Part shown: positions 1 through 10,746 of the stretch, piece by piece
How positions within the stretch are numbered: the first letter of the stretch is position 1
How the letters are laid out: the number at the start of each line of letters is the position of its first letter
Source: an uncultured virus (IMG/VR IMGVR_UViG_3300031787_000017)
Lineage: Duplodnaviria; Heunggongvirae; Uroviricota; Caudoviricetes
IMG/VR virus record: IMGVR_UViG_3300031787_000017
Strand: one strand, 5' to 3'
DNA: 64,000 bases
The notes under the pieces: generated by a model
Database searches by the model: none
What the model was told of the DNA's origin: nothing
The model's input: only the letters and a program-made list of their open reading frames with translations
Made by a program: the position numbers and the translations under genes

Positions 1-3000
1 TACCGTTCAAAGAAACAATTGTATAATCTTCACCACTTGGTTCTTGTGTCAGTGTAAATTGTGTACAGGCACCAGTTCCAGTGAATGAGTCCACTTTCAT
101 CGTAGATGCATATTGACCTGTACCTCCACCACCTCCACCGCCAGTGTTAGCAGCTGCAAAGGCTGCATTAGCATAACTGGATGCTGAATTAGCGGCACTT
201 CTTGCCCACGAATCTGTACCAGAACCACCAGTATTTGCTGCAGCAAAAGCCGCATTAGCATAACTGGATGCTGAGTTGGCTGTTGAGAAAGCAGCATTAG
301 CGTAGACTTCACCAGAATCAGCCGCAAATCTTAAATAATTTGTGCCATCATTTGTGAATTCCCATTTATCATCAGGTTCTACCCAACGAATTTGCACAGG
401 ATTTTCATCACCACGAAGAAGTCTAATACCAGCATTTTGTGTTGGTACTCCTGTTGTTCCGTGACCAATATCAATTATATGGTCTGTAGTTCTAAATGTA
501 GATACAGTAAAGGTAACTGTGCATCCTGTCACACTAATATTACCATTTACCGTTAAATCACCTGTTATAGTGCCACCACTTTCAACATTTAGTGAATTAT
601 TTGCTCTTGCGTATGCTGAGTTAGCATAAGACGAAGCACTATTCGATGCACCAAATGCTGAATTAGCATAGTCACCAGATGTTACAGCTCTCTGATCAGC
701 AGTCACAGCATTTGTATTTGCAGTATTAGCAACACCAAATGCTGAATTTGCGTATGATCCTGATGATGAAGCTTTTTGATCAGCAGTATTAGCAGTACCA
801 TATGCCGCATTAGCATATACGCCTGAAGTTACAGCACGTTGATCAGCAGTTGCGGCAGCAGTGTTTGCAGTGTTAGCGACACCAAATGATGAGTTAGCAT
901 ACACACCTGATGTTACAGCTTTCTGGTCTGCTGTCGCAGCGTTAGTATTCGCTGTATTTGCCTGACCATATGCTGAGTTAGCATAGTCGCCTGAAGTAAC
1001 TGCACGTTGATCAGCGGTTGCTGCATTGGTAGTGGCAGTATTTGCCTGACCGTATGCTGAGTTAGCATAAGTGCCACTTGTTACAGCTCTTTGATCAGCA
1101 GTAGCAGCATTAGTGTTTGCAGTATTAGCTTGACCAAAAGCAGCATTAGAATATTCGCCTGAGCTTACTGCTTTCTGCTCTGCGGTATTAGCTGCAGCAA
1201 ATCCTGAGTTGGCATAACTTGATGCTGCGTTGGCAGCATTTCTTACCCAAGTGTCAGTGGCGTTGTTAGCAGCTGCAAAAGCTCCGTTAGCATAACTTGC
1301 TGCCGAATTGGCAACACCAAATGCAGCATTAGCGTAAGCACTAGAATCTCCTGAACCTCCACCAGCAAAAGTGTTAATTTCAATATCCGATTCATCTGGA
1401 GGTGCAGTAACAAAAGTAATCACATTACCAGATAGTGAATAATTATTTTTAGACTGAACTAAACCGGAGACACTTACTAAAGTTAAATTCTCGTTCGAAG
1501 GAGTATTTACAAGAGTAAACTGAGTACAAGATCCGTTACCATTAAAGGTATCAATATAAACTGTTAGTGGTACAGCAGATCCAACTAATGTGTTGGCAAA
1601 ATTAAATGCTGCGTTTGCTTGAATATAACTACTGTTCGCAGTATTTCTTGCCCATGAATCTGTAGACGAACCGCCTGTATTAGCAGCTGCAAAGGCTGCG
1701 TTAGCATAATTAGAAGCTGAATTAGCAGCATCTCTTACCCAAGTATCTACAGCATTATTGGCTGCAGCAAATGCCGAATTAGCATAAGAACCAGCTGAAA
1801 CTGCTTTCTGGTCTGCGGTGTTGGCGGCAGCATAACCACTATTAGCATACGAACCAGACGTTACAGCTTTCTGATCAGCAGTGTTAGCAACATCATAAGC
1901 CGAGTTAGCGTAAGCACCAGAAGTTACTGCTCTTTGATCTGCTGTAGCAGCATTTGTATTTGCGGTGTTAGCCTGACCATATGCCGAATTAGCATAAACT
2001 CCTGATGTTACAGCTCTCTGATCAGCAGTATTAGCCTGACCATAAGCAGAATTAGCATATGTGCCTGAAGTTACAGCTTTCTGATCTGCGGTATTGGCAG
2101 CAGAATAACCACTATTAGCATAAGAAGATGCTGAATTGGCTGCGGTTCTTACCCAAGTATCAGTGGCGTTATTTGCAGCGGCATAAGCAGCATTAGCATA
2201 AGACTCTGCTGCCTGTGATGCTAAATTACTATAACTTGATCCATCATTAGTAAACTGCCAATATTTTGAAGTTTCATTCCATCTAAATTGAACTGGAACT
2301 TCATCACCTCTAGTAATTCTCAGTCCAGCATTTTCTGTTGGTGTACCTGTTGTAAAGTTGCTATTTAAATCAATTAAATTGTCAGCTAAATTTAATGTCT
2401 CAGTGTTAATAATTGTTTGTGTACCGCTAACTGTCAAATTACCAGTAACAACAACATCACCAGAAATTGTACCTCCTGAAGATGAGTATTTTGTATTGGC
2501 AACACCAAATGCAGCATTAGCGTAAGCACCAGAAGTTACGGCTTTTTGGTCTGACGTAACTGCATTACTATTAGCAGTATTAGCAAATGCAAAAGCAGAA
2601 TTAGCGTAATTTGAAGATGTGTTAGCAACATCAAATGCAGCATTAGCGTGTGGTCTAGCATAATTATCTACTGAACCAGAAGATACCGAATTAGCTAAAG
2701 CATAAGCAGCATTAGCATAAACACCTGAAGTTACTGCTCTTTGGTCAGCCGTTGCAACATTGGTGTTAGCAGTGTTTGCTTGACCGTATGCCGAGTTAGC
2801 ATAAGAACTAGATGAATTAGCAGCATCTCTTACCCAGGTATCCACAGCGTTATTGGCAGCTGCAAAAGCGGCATTAGCATAAACACTAGCACTAACAATA
2901 TTTGCGTTTAATACAGGTATAGAACTGAGAACAGAATTAACATTAAGGTTAGCAATATTAGCAACATTAAATGCAGAGTTGGCATAAACACTAGCACTAA

Positions 3001-6000
3001 CAATATTCGAGTTTATTGTAGGTAAAGCGTTTATAACAGTCGTAACACTATTATTAGTAATATTTGCATAACCATAGGCAGCGTTAGCATAAACACCACT
3101 TGTTGTCGCTTTTTGATCAGCAGTCGCAGCATTTGTATTAGCAGTGTTTGCTTGATCAAATGCAACATTTGTTCTTGTGTCTAGCCCAGTTAATTGAACT
3201 TGTTGACCAGAAGAAGTAATCGCTAACGATCCATTAACATTACTTAAAACTATACCATCTATATTAACTGAACCCGGACCAACGAATAAACTATGCCAAC
3301 GATAAGTTTCTGAGCCTAGGTAATGTACATTCGTTGTAGATGGTGTTAGATTACCAGTTATACTTGAACTACCAGATAATGGTATAGCATTATTAGCGAT
3401 ACCAAATGCTGAGTTGGCGTAATCACCAGAAGTTACTGCTCTTTGATCGGCAGTAGCAGCATTAGTGGTAGCTGTGTTAGCTTGACCATACGCACTGTTA
3501 GCATAACTTGATGCTGCATTAGCGGTATTAAATGCTCCGTTCGAATGTGGTCTAGCATACCCATCAACCGAACCAGCTGAAACTGTATTAGCTAAAGCAA
3601 ATGCGGCATTAGCATAAACACTTGAACTATTTGCTACACCAAAAGCAGAGTTAGCATATGATCCTGAAAGTCCTGCGCCGCCGCCAGCAAATGTATTAAT
3701 TTCAACTTTTGAATTATTTGGTGGCGCTGTACTAAAGGTAACTACGTTACCCGTTAATGAATAATTATTCTTAGACTGAACTAAACCAGAGATACTGATT
3801 AAAGTTAAATTTTCATCAGCAGGGGTATTTACAAGAGTAAACTGTGTACAAGAATTATCACCAACAAAACTATCAACATAAACAGTTACGGCTGTTCCAT
3901 TTCCTACTAATGTATTTGCAAAATTAAATGCTGTATTTGCATGTATCGAAGCACTATTAGACAAATCTCTAGCAGTTTGATCTACATTACCAGATGATAG
4001 TGTATTAGCTAAAGCATATGCAGCATTAGCATAAACACTAGCGCTTATAGAGTTATTATTAGCGGTATTGGCTGTAAAGAATCCACTATTAGCATAACTG
4101 GATGCTGAATTTGCAGCATCTCTTACCCAACTATCTGTTGAATTGTTGGCTGCTGCAAACGCTGAGTTAGCATAACTTGATGCAGAGTTAGCAACAATAT
4201 ATGCTGCATTAGCATAACTACCCGATGTGACTGCTCTTTGATCGGCTGTTGCAGCATTCGTGTTAGCAGTGTTTGCTTGAGTATAACCACTATTAGCGTA
4301 ACTTGATGCAGAGTTAGCTGCATCTCTTACCCAACTATCGGTTGCGTTATTAGCAGCTGCAAAAGCAGCATTAGCATATACACCTGAGGTAACAGTTCTT
4401 TGGTCTGCCGTATTGGCTGCACTATAAGCCGAATTGGCGTATGATCCAGATGAAACAGCTTTTTGATCCGCAGTGTTGGCTGCAGCGAATCCTGAATTAG
4501 CATAACTACCAGATGTGACTGCTTTTTGATCAGCTGTAGCGGCATCGGTAGTAGCTGTATTTGCTTGTACATATGCAGCATTAGAATATGTGCCTGAACT
4601 TGTTGCTTTCTGATCCGCAGTATTTGCTTGACCGTATGCTGAGTTGGCGTAACTTGATGCAGCATTAGCTGCATTTCTTACCCACGTATCCGTAGCATTA
4701 TTAGCAGCCGCGAAAGCACCGTTAGCATAACTTGATGCTGAGTTGGCAGTATCAAATGCAGCATTAGCGTGTGGTCTGGCATACCCATCTACCGAACCAG
4801 CGGAAACAGTATTTGCTAAGGCATATGCTGCATTAGCATAAACACCTGCTGATACTGCTTTTTGGTCTGAGGTATTAGCTGCAGCAAAAGATGAATTAGT
4901 GTGATCTATTGGATCATAGCCTCTAATTCTAATTGTATTGGTTATAACATTAGCAGTTAAATTAGCAATTCTAAATGATGAATTGGCAACATCGATTGTA
5001 TTATTTGGTGAAAGTCCTTCGAAACTAGGATCCAAATAATTATCAAATAAGTAGTATAGTCCATCCGTCGCATCACGGAATAAGCCTGTATGTCTCTTGT
5101 TTACACCGGCATCTGGACTATAGTGACCAAAGAAACCAATATCTAAGTTATCAGAGGTTTCATTATTAGCAGCTAACTGAATTAATGAATCATCTATTTT
5201 TATACTTGATACAGAAATAGAAGTGGCATTGCCTAATACTACTAAATTACCTGTAATGTTTAAATCACCCGAAATCGTTCCACCGGTTGCAGATAATTTT
5301 GCATTAGCAGTGCTGTATGCAGAATTAGCATAAACACCAGAGGTTACTGCTCTTTGATCGGCCGTATTTGCAACAGCAAAAGATGCATTAGCATAACTAG
5401 ATGATGAGTTAGCAGCATCTCTTACCCAACTATCAGTTGCGTTATTGGCAGCAGCGAAAGCAGCATTAGCATATACACCTGAAGTTACAGCCTTCTGATC
5501 AGCTGTATTTGCTTGACCATAAGCAGAGTTGGCATAACTAGAAGCTGAATTGGCAGCACCTCTTACCCAAGTGTCTACAGCATTATTAGCAGTTGCAAAA
5601 GCTGCATTAGCATAGGCACCAGAAGTAACAGCTTTTTGGTCTGCCGTATTAGCAACACTAAATGCTGAATTAGCGTAACTACCAGAAGTTACTGCTCTTT
5701 GATCAGCAGTAGCAGCGTTTGTTGTAGCAGTATTTGCTTGACTGTATGCTGAATTAGCGTAACTACCAGAAGTTACTGCTCTTTGATCAGCAGTAGCAGC
5801 GTTTGTTGTGGTAGTATTTGCTTGACTGTATGCTGAGTTAGCGTAACTACCAGAAGTTACAGCACGTTGGTCAGCTGTTGCAGCGTTTGTTGTGGTAGTA
5901 TTTGCTTGACTGTATGCTGAGTTAGCATAAACACCTGATGATACTGCTTTTTGATCTGCGGTATTAGAAGAAACAAAAGCACTATTAGCGTAACTGGATG

Positions 6001-9000
6001 CAGCATTAGCAGTATTAAACGCACCATTTGAATGTGGTCTAGCGTAATTGTCAACTGATCCAGAAGTTGCTGAATTAGCTAAAGCAAAAGCAGCATTAGC
6101 ATATACACCAGCACTATTACTTTCTGGTGCTCCAGTAAAAACTATTACATCGATATTATCATTTAATTTTGGAGCTTCAGAAAATACAACATTTGCTCCA
6201 GATAAACTATATGAAGATTTTAGTTGCGTAACACCTTCTATGTTAATTATTGTATAATCTTCACTTGCTGGAGTTGTTGATAATTGAAATGTTGTACAAG
6301 ATCCTGTACCAACAAAATTTTCACTTAAAAGACTTAGTGTAAAACTACCATTTCCTGCTACAGCTGAAGCTAAATTATATGCCGTATTAGCTCTATTGAA
6401 AGCACCATTAGCATAACTAGATGAACTATTTGCAACACCAAATGCAACATTGGCGTATACACCACTTGTTACAGCTTTCTGATCAGCTGTATTTGCTTGA
6501 CCGTATGCTGAGTTAGCATAAGATCCACTCGTTACAGCTCTTTGATCAGCAGTAGCAGCATTTGTTGTTGCTGTATTGGCTTGACCATAAGCAGTATTGG
6601 CATAAACACCAGAAGTTACAGCTCTTTGATCTGCTGTTGCTGCATTTGTTGTAGCAGTGTTTGCTTGACCATATGCTGAATTAGCATAGTCACCTGAAGT
6701 TACGGCTTTCTGGTCTGCGGTATTGGCACTAGAGAAAGCAGAATTGGCATAACTACCAGATGTCACAGCTCTCTGATCGGCAGTAGCAGCATTTGTTGTG
6801 GCAGTATTTGCTTGACCATATGCTGAATTAGCGTAGGCGCCACTTGTTACAGCTTTTTGATCCGCAGTATTGGCCGCAGCGAATCCTGAATTAGCATAAA
6901 CACCTGCTGATACTGCTTTTTGATCTGCGGTGTTAGCAACATTATAAGCAGAATTGGCATAACTTGAAGCCGAATTAGCTGTAATATAAGCCGCATTAGC
7001 ATGAGGTCTAGCATAAGTATCTACAGCACCAGACGATATGGAATTGGCTAATGCATAGGCTGAATTAGCATAAACACCAGCACTTATAGCATTGGTATTA
7101 GCGGTGTTAGCTGCAGCGAATCCTGAATTAGCATAAGAACCAGAAGTTACTGCTCTTTGGTCTGCGGTATTGGCACTAGAGAAAGCAGAGTTAGCATATG
7201 TTTCTGCTGCCCTTGAGGCCACATTACTGTATGTTGTTCCATCTGTTGTAAATTGCCAATACTTAGAAGTTTCGTTCCATCTAAATTGAGTTGCAATTTC
7301 ATCACCACGAATAACTCTGATACCGGCATTTTCTGTTGGTGTACCAGCAGTAAAATTACTATTTAAATCTATAATATTGTCAAATATTTGAACGACTTCA
7401 GTATTGATATATGTCTGTGTGCCACTAACTGTTAAGTTACCTGTAATTACAACATCGCCACTTACTGTGCCACCAGAAGATGAGTAACGAGTATTAGCTA
7501 AAGCATAAGCAGCATTAGCATAAACACCAGAAGTTACTGCTCTTTGATCCGCCGTATTAGCCTGTCCATAAGCAGCATTAGCATAAACACCAGAAGTTAC
7601 TGCTCTTTGATCGGCAGTATTAGCACCAGTGAAAGCAGAATTGGCATAACTACCAGATGCCACAGCTCTTTGATCAGCCGTATTAGCCGCAACAAAAGCA
7701 CCATTAGCATAACTTGATGCTGAGTTGGCAGTATCATAAGCAGCATTAGCGTGTGGTCTAGCATAATTATCTACTGAACCAGAAGATACCGAATTAGCTA
7801 AAGCATAAGCAGCATTAGCATAAACACCTGAAGTTACTGCTCTTTGATCTGCTGTTGCTGCATTTGTTGTGGCAGTATTTGCTTGACCATATGCTGAATT
7901 AGCATAAGAACCAGATGTTACTGCTCTTTGATCTGCTGTATTAGCTGCACTAAACGAAGTATTAGCATAAACACCAGAAGTTACAGCTCTTTGATCTGAT
8001 GTATTAGCAGCACTAAACCCAGAATTAGCATACGAACCACTTGTTACAGCTCTTTGATCAGCCGTTGTTGCATTTGTTGTAGCGGTGTTAGCTTGAGTAT
8101 AAGCAGAGTTAGCATAAGATCCTGATGCAACAGCTTTTTGATCCGCCGTATTAGCCTGGTCATATGCAGTATTAGCATAAACACCAGAAGTTACAGATTT
8201 TTGATCAGCGGTAGCAGCGTTAGTGGTAGCAGTGTTAGCTTGGCCGTATGCTGAATTGGCATAACTCGAAGCAGCATTAGCAGCATTTCTTACCCAAGTA
8301 TCAGTTGAATTATTAGCAGCTGCAAAAGCAGCATTAGCATATACTCCCGAAGTTACTGCTTTTTGATCAGCCGTATTAGCTGCAACAAAAGCACCGTTAG
8401 CATAACTAGACGCTGAATTGGCAACACCAAATGCAGCATTAGCATGAGGTCTAGCGTAAGTGTCTACAGCACCAGATGATATAGAATTAGCTAAAGCGTA
8501 TGCTGAGTTAGCATAAGAACCAGCAATTATAGCATTAGTATTTGCGGTATTCGCACCAACAAATGCAGAATTCGCATAAGAACTAGCCGAGTCTGATTTT
8601 TGACTAGATGTATTCGCGGTTGCAAATGCCGAGTTAGCATAAGATTCTGTGGATTGTGCCGCTACGTTATCATAAAACGCACCATTATTTGTAAACTGCC
8701 ATGATTTTAGTGTTTCGTTCCATCTAAATTGCACTGGAGTTTCATCACCACGTATAACTCTTAATCCAGCACTTTCAGTAGGATTACCTACAGTAAAATT
8801 ACTATTCAGGTCGATGATGTTATCAGCTAACTGTATAGTTTCTGTATTAACTATAGTTTGCGTTCCACTTATACTTAAATTACCATTAATTACAACATCA
8901 CCAGAAATCGTACCGCCTGATGAGGAATATCTTGTGTTAGCTAAAGTATATGCTGAATTAGCATAACTACCAGATGTTACAGCTTTTTGATCGGCTGTTG

Positions 9001-10390
9001 CAGCATTAGTGGTAGCAGTATTTGCCTGGCCATATGCAGAGTTAGCATAGGATCCACTTGTTACAGCTTTTTGATCGGATGTATTAGCGGTAACAAATGC
9101 TGAATTGGCGTATGATCCAGATGAAACTGCTTTTTGATCAGCTGTGTTAGCAAGACCATAAGCATCATTGGCGTAAGTGCCTGAAGTTACTGCTCTTTGA
9201 TCGGCCGTGTTTGCTGAAATAAAAGCAGAATTGGCATAATCACCACTTGTTACTGCTCGCTGGTCAGCAGTAGCAGCATTGTTAGTTGCTGTATTGGCTT
9301 GACCAAATGCTGAGTTAGCATACGAACCTGAAGTTACAGCTTTTTGATCCGCTGTCGCAGCATTGGTAGTTGCTGTGTTGGCCTGTCCGTAGGCTGAGTT
9401 AGCGTAGGTGCCAGATGAAACCGCTTTTTGATCTGCTGTAGCAGCGTTGTTTGTTGCTGTATTGGCCTGTCCATAGGCTGAGTTAGCATAATCTCCAGCA
9501 CTTACAGCTTTTTGATCTGCTGTAGCAGCGTTGTTTGTTGCTGTATTGGCCTGTCCATAGGCTGAGTTAGCATATGAACCAGAAGTTATTGCTCTCTGAT
9601 CAGCCGTATTAGCAATAGCATATCCAGCATTAGCATAAACTGAAGCTGAATTTGCTGTACCGTAAGCAGCATTGGCGTAAGTGCCAGAAGATGATGAAAA
9701 TTGCGTCGCACTATTAGCAACACTATAAGCAGAATTGGCATAATCACCTGAAGTTACAGCACGTTGATCAGCAGTATTAGCCGTGTTAAATGCAGCATTA
9801 GCATAAGAACCACTTGTTACTGCACGTTGATCTGCTGTAGCTGCATTGGTAGTTGCTGTGTTAGCCTGCCCATAAGCAGCGTTAGCATAAGAACCACTTG
9901 TTACAGCACGTTGATCAGCTGTATTTGCTGCAGCAAATCCAGAATTAGCATAATCACCAGATGTTACTGCTCTTTGATCCGCAGTCGCAGCATTTGTTGT
10001 TGCTGTATTAGCCTGACCATAAGCAGCATTAGCATATGTACCGCTCGTTACTGCTCTTTGATCTGCGGTGTTAGCAACATTAAATCCCGAATTAGCATAA
10101 TCACCTGAAGTTACAGCACGCTGATCTGCGGTATTAGCAACACCAAATCCTGAATTAGCATAATCACCTGAAGTTACGGCACGCTGATCTGCGGTATTCG
10201 CTGTTCCATAAGCACTGTTAGCATATGATCCTGAAGTTACGGCTCTTTGATCAGCAGTATTTGCTTGCCCATAAGCAGCGTTAGCGTAAACTCCAGAAGA
10301 ATTAGCGGTTAGATGTGCTGAGTTAGCATCTAACTGAACTTTTTTTAGTTTACTGTCAGTAGATTGGTTACCAATGTAAGTATATGACAT
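1..10390 (-). CDS. Giant repeat-rich tail fibre/adhesin-like virion protein, >3463 aa, 3' end outside window
   Basis: ATG at 10390 reads MSYTYIGNQSTDSKLKKVQLDANSAHLTANSSGVYANAAYGQANTADQRAVTSGSYANSA. The same frame reads ...GACTQFTLTQEPSGEDYTIVSLNG at the window edge. Its absence from the ORF track fits an ORF with no stop codon in the window. It has 21/28-aa Ala-rich repeats and globular modules shared with 10742..16384. Confidence 0.88.
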   Translation of the reverse strand, partial: MSYTYIGNQSTDSKLKKVQLDANSAHLTANSSGVYANAAYGQANTADQRAVTSGSYANSAYGTANTADQRAVTSGDYANSGFGVANTADQRAVTSGDYANSGFNVANTADQRAVTSGTYANAAYGQANTATTNAATADQRAVTSGDYANSGFAAANTADQRAVTSGSYANAAYGQANTATTNAATADQRAVTSGSYANAAFNTANTADQRAVTSGDYANSAYSVANSATQFSSSSGTYANAAYGTANSASVYANAGYAIANTADQRAITSGSYANSAYGQANTATNNAATADQKAVSAGDYANSAYGQANTATNNAATADQKAVSSGTYANSAYGQANTATTNAATADQKAVTSGSYANSAFGQANTATNNAATADQRAVTSGDYANSAFISANTADQRAVTSGTYANDAYGLANTADQKAVSSGSYANSAFVTANTSDQKAVTSGSYANSAYGQANTATTNAATADQKAVTSGSYANSAYTLANTRYSSSGGTISGDVVINGNLSISGTQTIVNTETIQLADNIIDLNSNFTVGNPTESAGLRVIRGDETPVQFRWNETLKSWQFTNNGAFYDNVAAQSTESYANSAFATANTSSQKSDSASSYANSAFVGANTANTNAIIAGSYANSAYALANSISSGAVDTYARPHANAAFGVANSASSYANGAFVAANTADQKAVTSGVYANAAFAAANNSTDTWVRNAANAASSYANSAYGQANTATTNAATADQKSVTSGVYANTAYDQANTADQKAVASGSYANSAYTQANTATTNATTADQRAVTSGSYANSGFSAANTSDQRAVTSGVYANTSFSAANTADQRAVTSGSYANSAYGQANTATTNAATADQRAVTSGVYANAAYALANSVSSGSVDNYARPHANAAYDTANSASSYANGAFVAANTADQRAVASGSYANSAFTGANTADQRAVTSGVYANAAYGQANTADQRAVTSGVYANAAYALANTRYSSSGGTVSGDVVITGNLTVSGTQTYINTEVVQIFDNIIDLNSNFTAGTPTENAGIRVIRGDEIATQFRWNETSKYWQFTTDGTTYSNVASRAAETYANSAFSSANTADQRAVTSGSYANSGFAAANTANTNAISAGVYANSAYALANSISSGAVDTYARPHANAAYITANSASSYANSAYNVANTADQKAVSAGVYANSGFAAANTADQKAVTSGAYANSAYGQANTATTNAATADQRAVTSGSYANSAFSSANTADQKAVTSGDYANSAYGQANTATTNAATADQRAVTSGVYANTAYGQANTATTNAATADQRAVTSGSYANSAYGQANTADQKAVTSGVYANVAFGVANSSSSYANGAFNRANTAYNLASAVAGNGSFTLSLLSENFVGTGSCTTFQLSTTPASEDYTIINIEGVTQLKSSYSLSGANVVFSEAPKLNDNIDVIVFTGAPESNSAGVYANAAFALANSATSGSVDNYARPHSNGAFNTANAASSYANSAFVSSNTADQKAVSSGVYANSAYSQANTTTTNAATADQRAVTSGSYANSAYSQANTTTTNAATADQRAVTSGSYANSAYSQANTATTNAATADQRAVTSGSYANSAFSVANTADQKAVTSGAYANAAFATANNAVDTWVRGAANSASSYANSAYGQANTADQKAVTSGVYANAAFAAANNATDSWVRDAANSSSSYANASFAVANTADQRAVTSGVYANSAYSTANAKLSATGGTISGDLNITGNLVVLGNATSISVSSIKIDDSLIQLAANNETSDNLDIGFFGHYSPDAGVNKRHTGLFRDATDGLYYLFDNYLDPSFEGLSPNNTIDVANSSFRIANLTANVITNTIRIRGYDPIDHTNSSFAAANTSDQKAVSAGVYANAAYALANTVSAGSVDGYARPHANAAFDTANSASSYANGAFAAANNATDTWVRNAANAASSYANSAYGQANTADQKATSSGTYSNAAYVQANTATTDAATADQKAVTSGSYANSGFAAANTADQKAVSSGSYANSAYSAANTADQRTVTSGVYANAAFAAANNATDSWVRDAANSASSYANSGYTQANTANTNAATADQRAVTSGSYANAAYIVANSASSYANSAFAAANNSTDSWVRDAANSASSYANSGFFTANTANNNSISASVYANAAYALANTLSSGNVDQTARDLSNSASIHANTAFNFANTLVGNGTAVTVYVDSFVGDNSCTQFTLVNTPADENLTLISISGLVQSKNNYSLTGNVVTFSTAPPNNSKVEINTFAGGGAGLSGSYANSAFGVANSSSVYANAAFALANTVSAGSVDGYARPHSNGAFNTANAASSYANSAYGQANTATTNAATADQRAVTSGDYANSAFGIANNAIPLSGSSSITGNLTPSTTNVHYLGSETYRWHSLFVGPGSVNIDGIVLSNVNGSLAITSSGQQVQLTGLDTRTNVAFDQANTANTNAATADQKATTSGVYANAAYGYANITNNSVTTVINALPTINSNIVSASVYANSAFNVANIANLNVNSVLSSIPVLNANIVSASVYANAAFAAANNAVDTWVRDAANSSSSYANSAYGQANTANTNVATADQRAVTSGVYANAAYALANSVSSGSVDNYARPHANAAFDVANTSSNYANSAFAFANTANSNAVTSDQKAVTSGAYANAAFGVANTKYSSSGGTISGDVVVTGNLTVSGTQTIINTETLNLADNLIDLNSNFTTGTPTENAGLRITRGDEVPVQFRWNETSKYWQFTNDGSSYSNLASQAAESYANAAYAAANNATDTWVRTAANSASSYANSGYSAANTADQKAVTSGTYANSAYGQANTADQRAVTSGVYANSAYGQANTANTNAATADQRAVTSGAYANSAYDVANTADQKAVTSGSYANSGYAAANTADQKAVSAGSYANSAFAAANNAVDTWVRDAANSASNYANAAFAAANTGGSSTDSWARNTANSSYIQANAAFNFANTLVGSAVPLTVYIDTFNGNGSCTQFTLVNTPSNENLTLVSVSGLVQSKNNYSLSGNVITFVTAPPDESDIEINTFAGGGSGDSSAYANAAFGVANSAASYANGAFAAANNATDTWVRNAANAASSYANSGFAAANTAEQKAVSSGEYSNAAFGQANTANTNAATADQRAVTSGTYANSAYGQANTATTNAATADQRAVTSGDYANSAYGQANTANTNAATADQKAVTSGVYANSSFGVANTANTAAATADQRAVTSGVYANAAYGTANTADQKASSSGSYANSAFGVANTANTNAVTADQRAVTSGDYANSAFGASNSASSYANSAYARANNSLNVESGGTITGDLTVNGNISVTGCTVTFTVSTFRTTDHIIDIGHGTTGVPTQNAGIRLLRGDENPVQIRWVEPDDKWEFTNDGTNYLRFAADSGEVYANAAFSTANSASSYANAAFAAANTGGSGTDSWARSAANSASSYANAAFAAANTGGGGGGGTGQYASTMKVDSFTGTGACTQFTLTQEPSGEDYTIVSLNG
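5660..5930 (-). repeat. Near-identical 84-bp (28-aa) tandem coding repeats, one example of the many 63/84-bp units in the fibre genes
   Basis: gttactgctctttgatcagcagtagcagcgtttgttgt begins at 5688 and again at 5772 (period 84). The unit encodes YANSAYSQANT(A/T)TTNAATADQRAVTSGS. Confidence 0.9.
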
Positions 10391-10391
10391 G

Positions 10392-10718
10392 TTATGTTAT
10401 TTCTAGTACGCTTAAGACAACATCTAATGAAGTAGATGTATCTGATTGAACTTTAAGATAATCGCTAGCTTCCAAAACAAGTTTTTGATCTCCTCCAATA
10501 GGAACTAATGCACTTCCAGGTTCTATCGTCGCGCTTTTTACTAGAAAATAATCTGTTCCAGATGAATTTACAAAAACGGTAGCTTTTACATCACTTGCAG
10601 TAATGTTCGCAATAGTCATACCTATTACAGTGGCTTGAACACCACTACCAGCTGTATAAACTGTTTCAGCTGTTTGTCCTACAGATTGTTTAAAACTATT
10701 CTTAAATGTATTCGGCAT
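10392..10718 (-). CDS. Small virion protein, putative fibre adaptor/connector
   Basis: 108-aa beta-rich protein (VYTA...TVIGMTIAN...KLVLEASDYLKV...LDVVLSVLEIT) between two fibre genes; RBS GAGGA upstream. Confidence 0.6.
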   Translation of the reverse strand: MPNTFKNSFKQSVGQTAETVYTAGSGVQATVIGMTIANITASDVKATVFVNSSGTDYFLVKSATIEPGSALVPIGGDQKLVLEASDYLKVQSDTSTSLDVVLSVLEIT

Positions 10719-10738
10719 TTATTTTCCTCAATAAATGA

Positions 10739-10746
10739 TATTTATC
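10739..10746 (-). promoter_or_regulatory. T4-type late promoter-like motif (GATAAATA)
   Basis: Matches the TAAATA core of the T4 late consensus TATAAATA. It overlaps the upstream stop codon about 20 nt before the 10718 start. Confidence 0.45.

Noticed and set aside
97..10108. Short ORFs in the track (97, 4123, 4327, 5857, 6048, 7147, 9764)
   Set aside because: They are alternate-frame or antisense shadows of the giant fibre ORF; their MLMLL/QQL or Cys/Ser/Ile-rich patterns come from the fibre repeat.
9764..10108. Cys-rich plus-strand 114-aa ORF as a second RiPP precursor
   Set aside because: It is the antisense reading of GCA/ACA-rich Ala/Thr repeat codons, starts at TTG and has no evident RBS.
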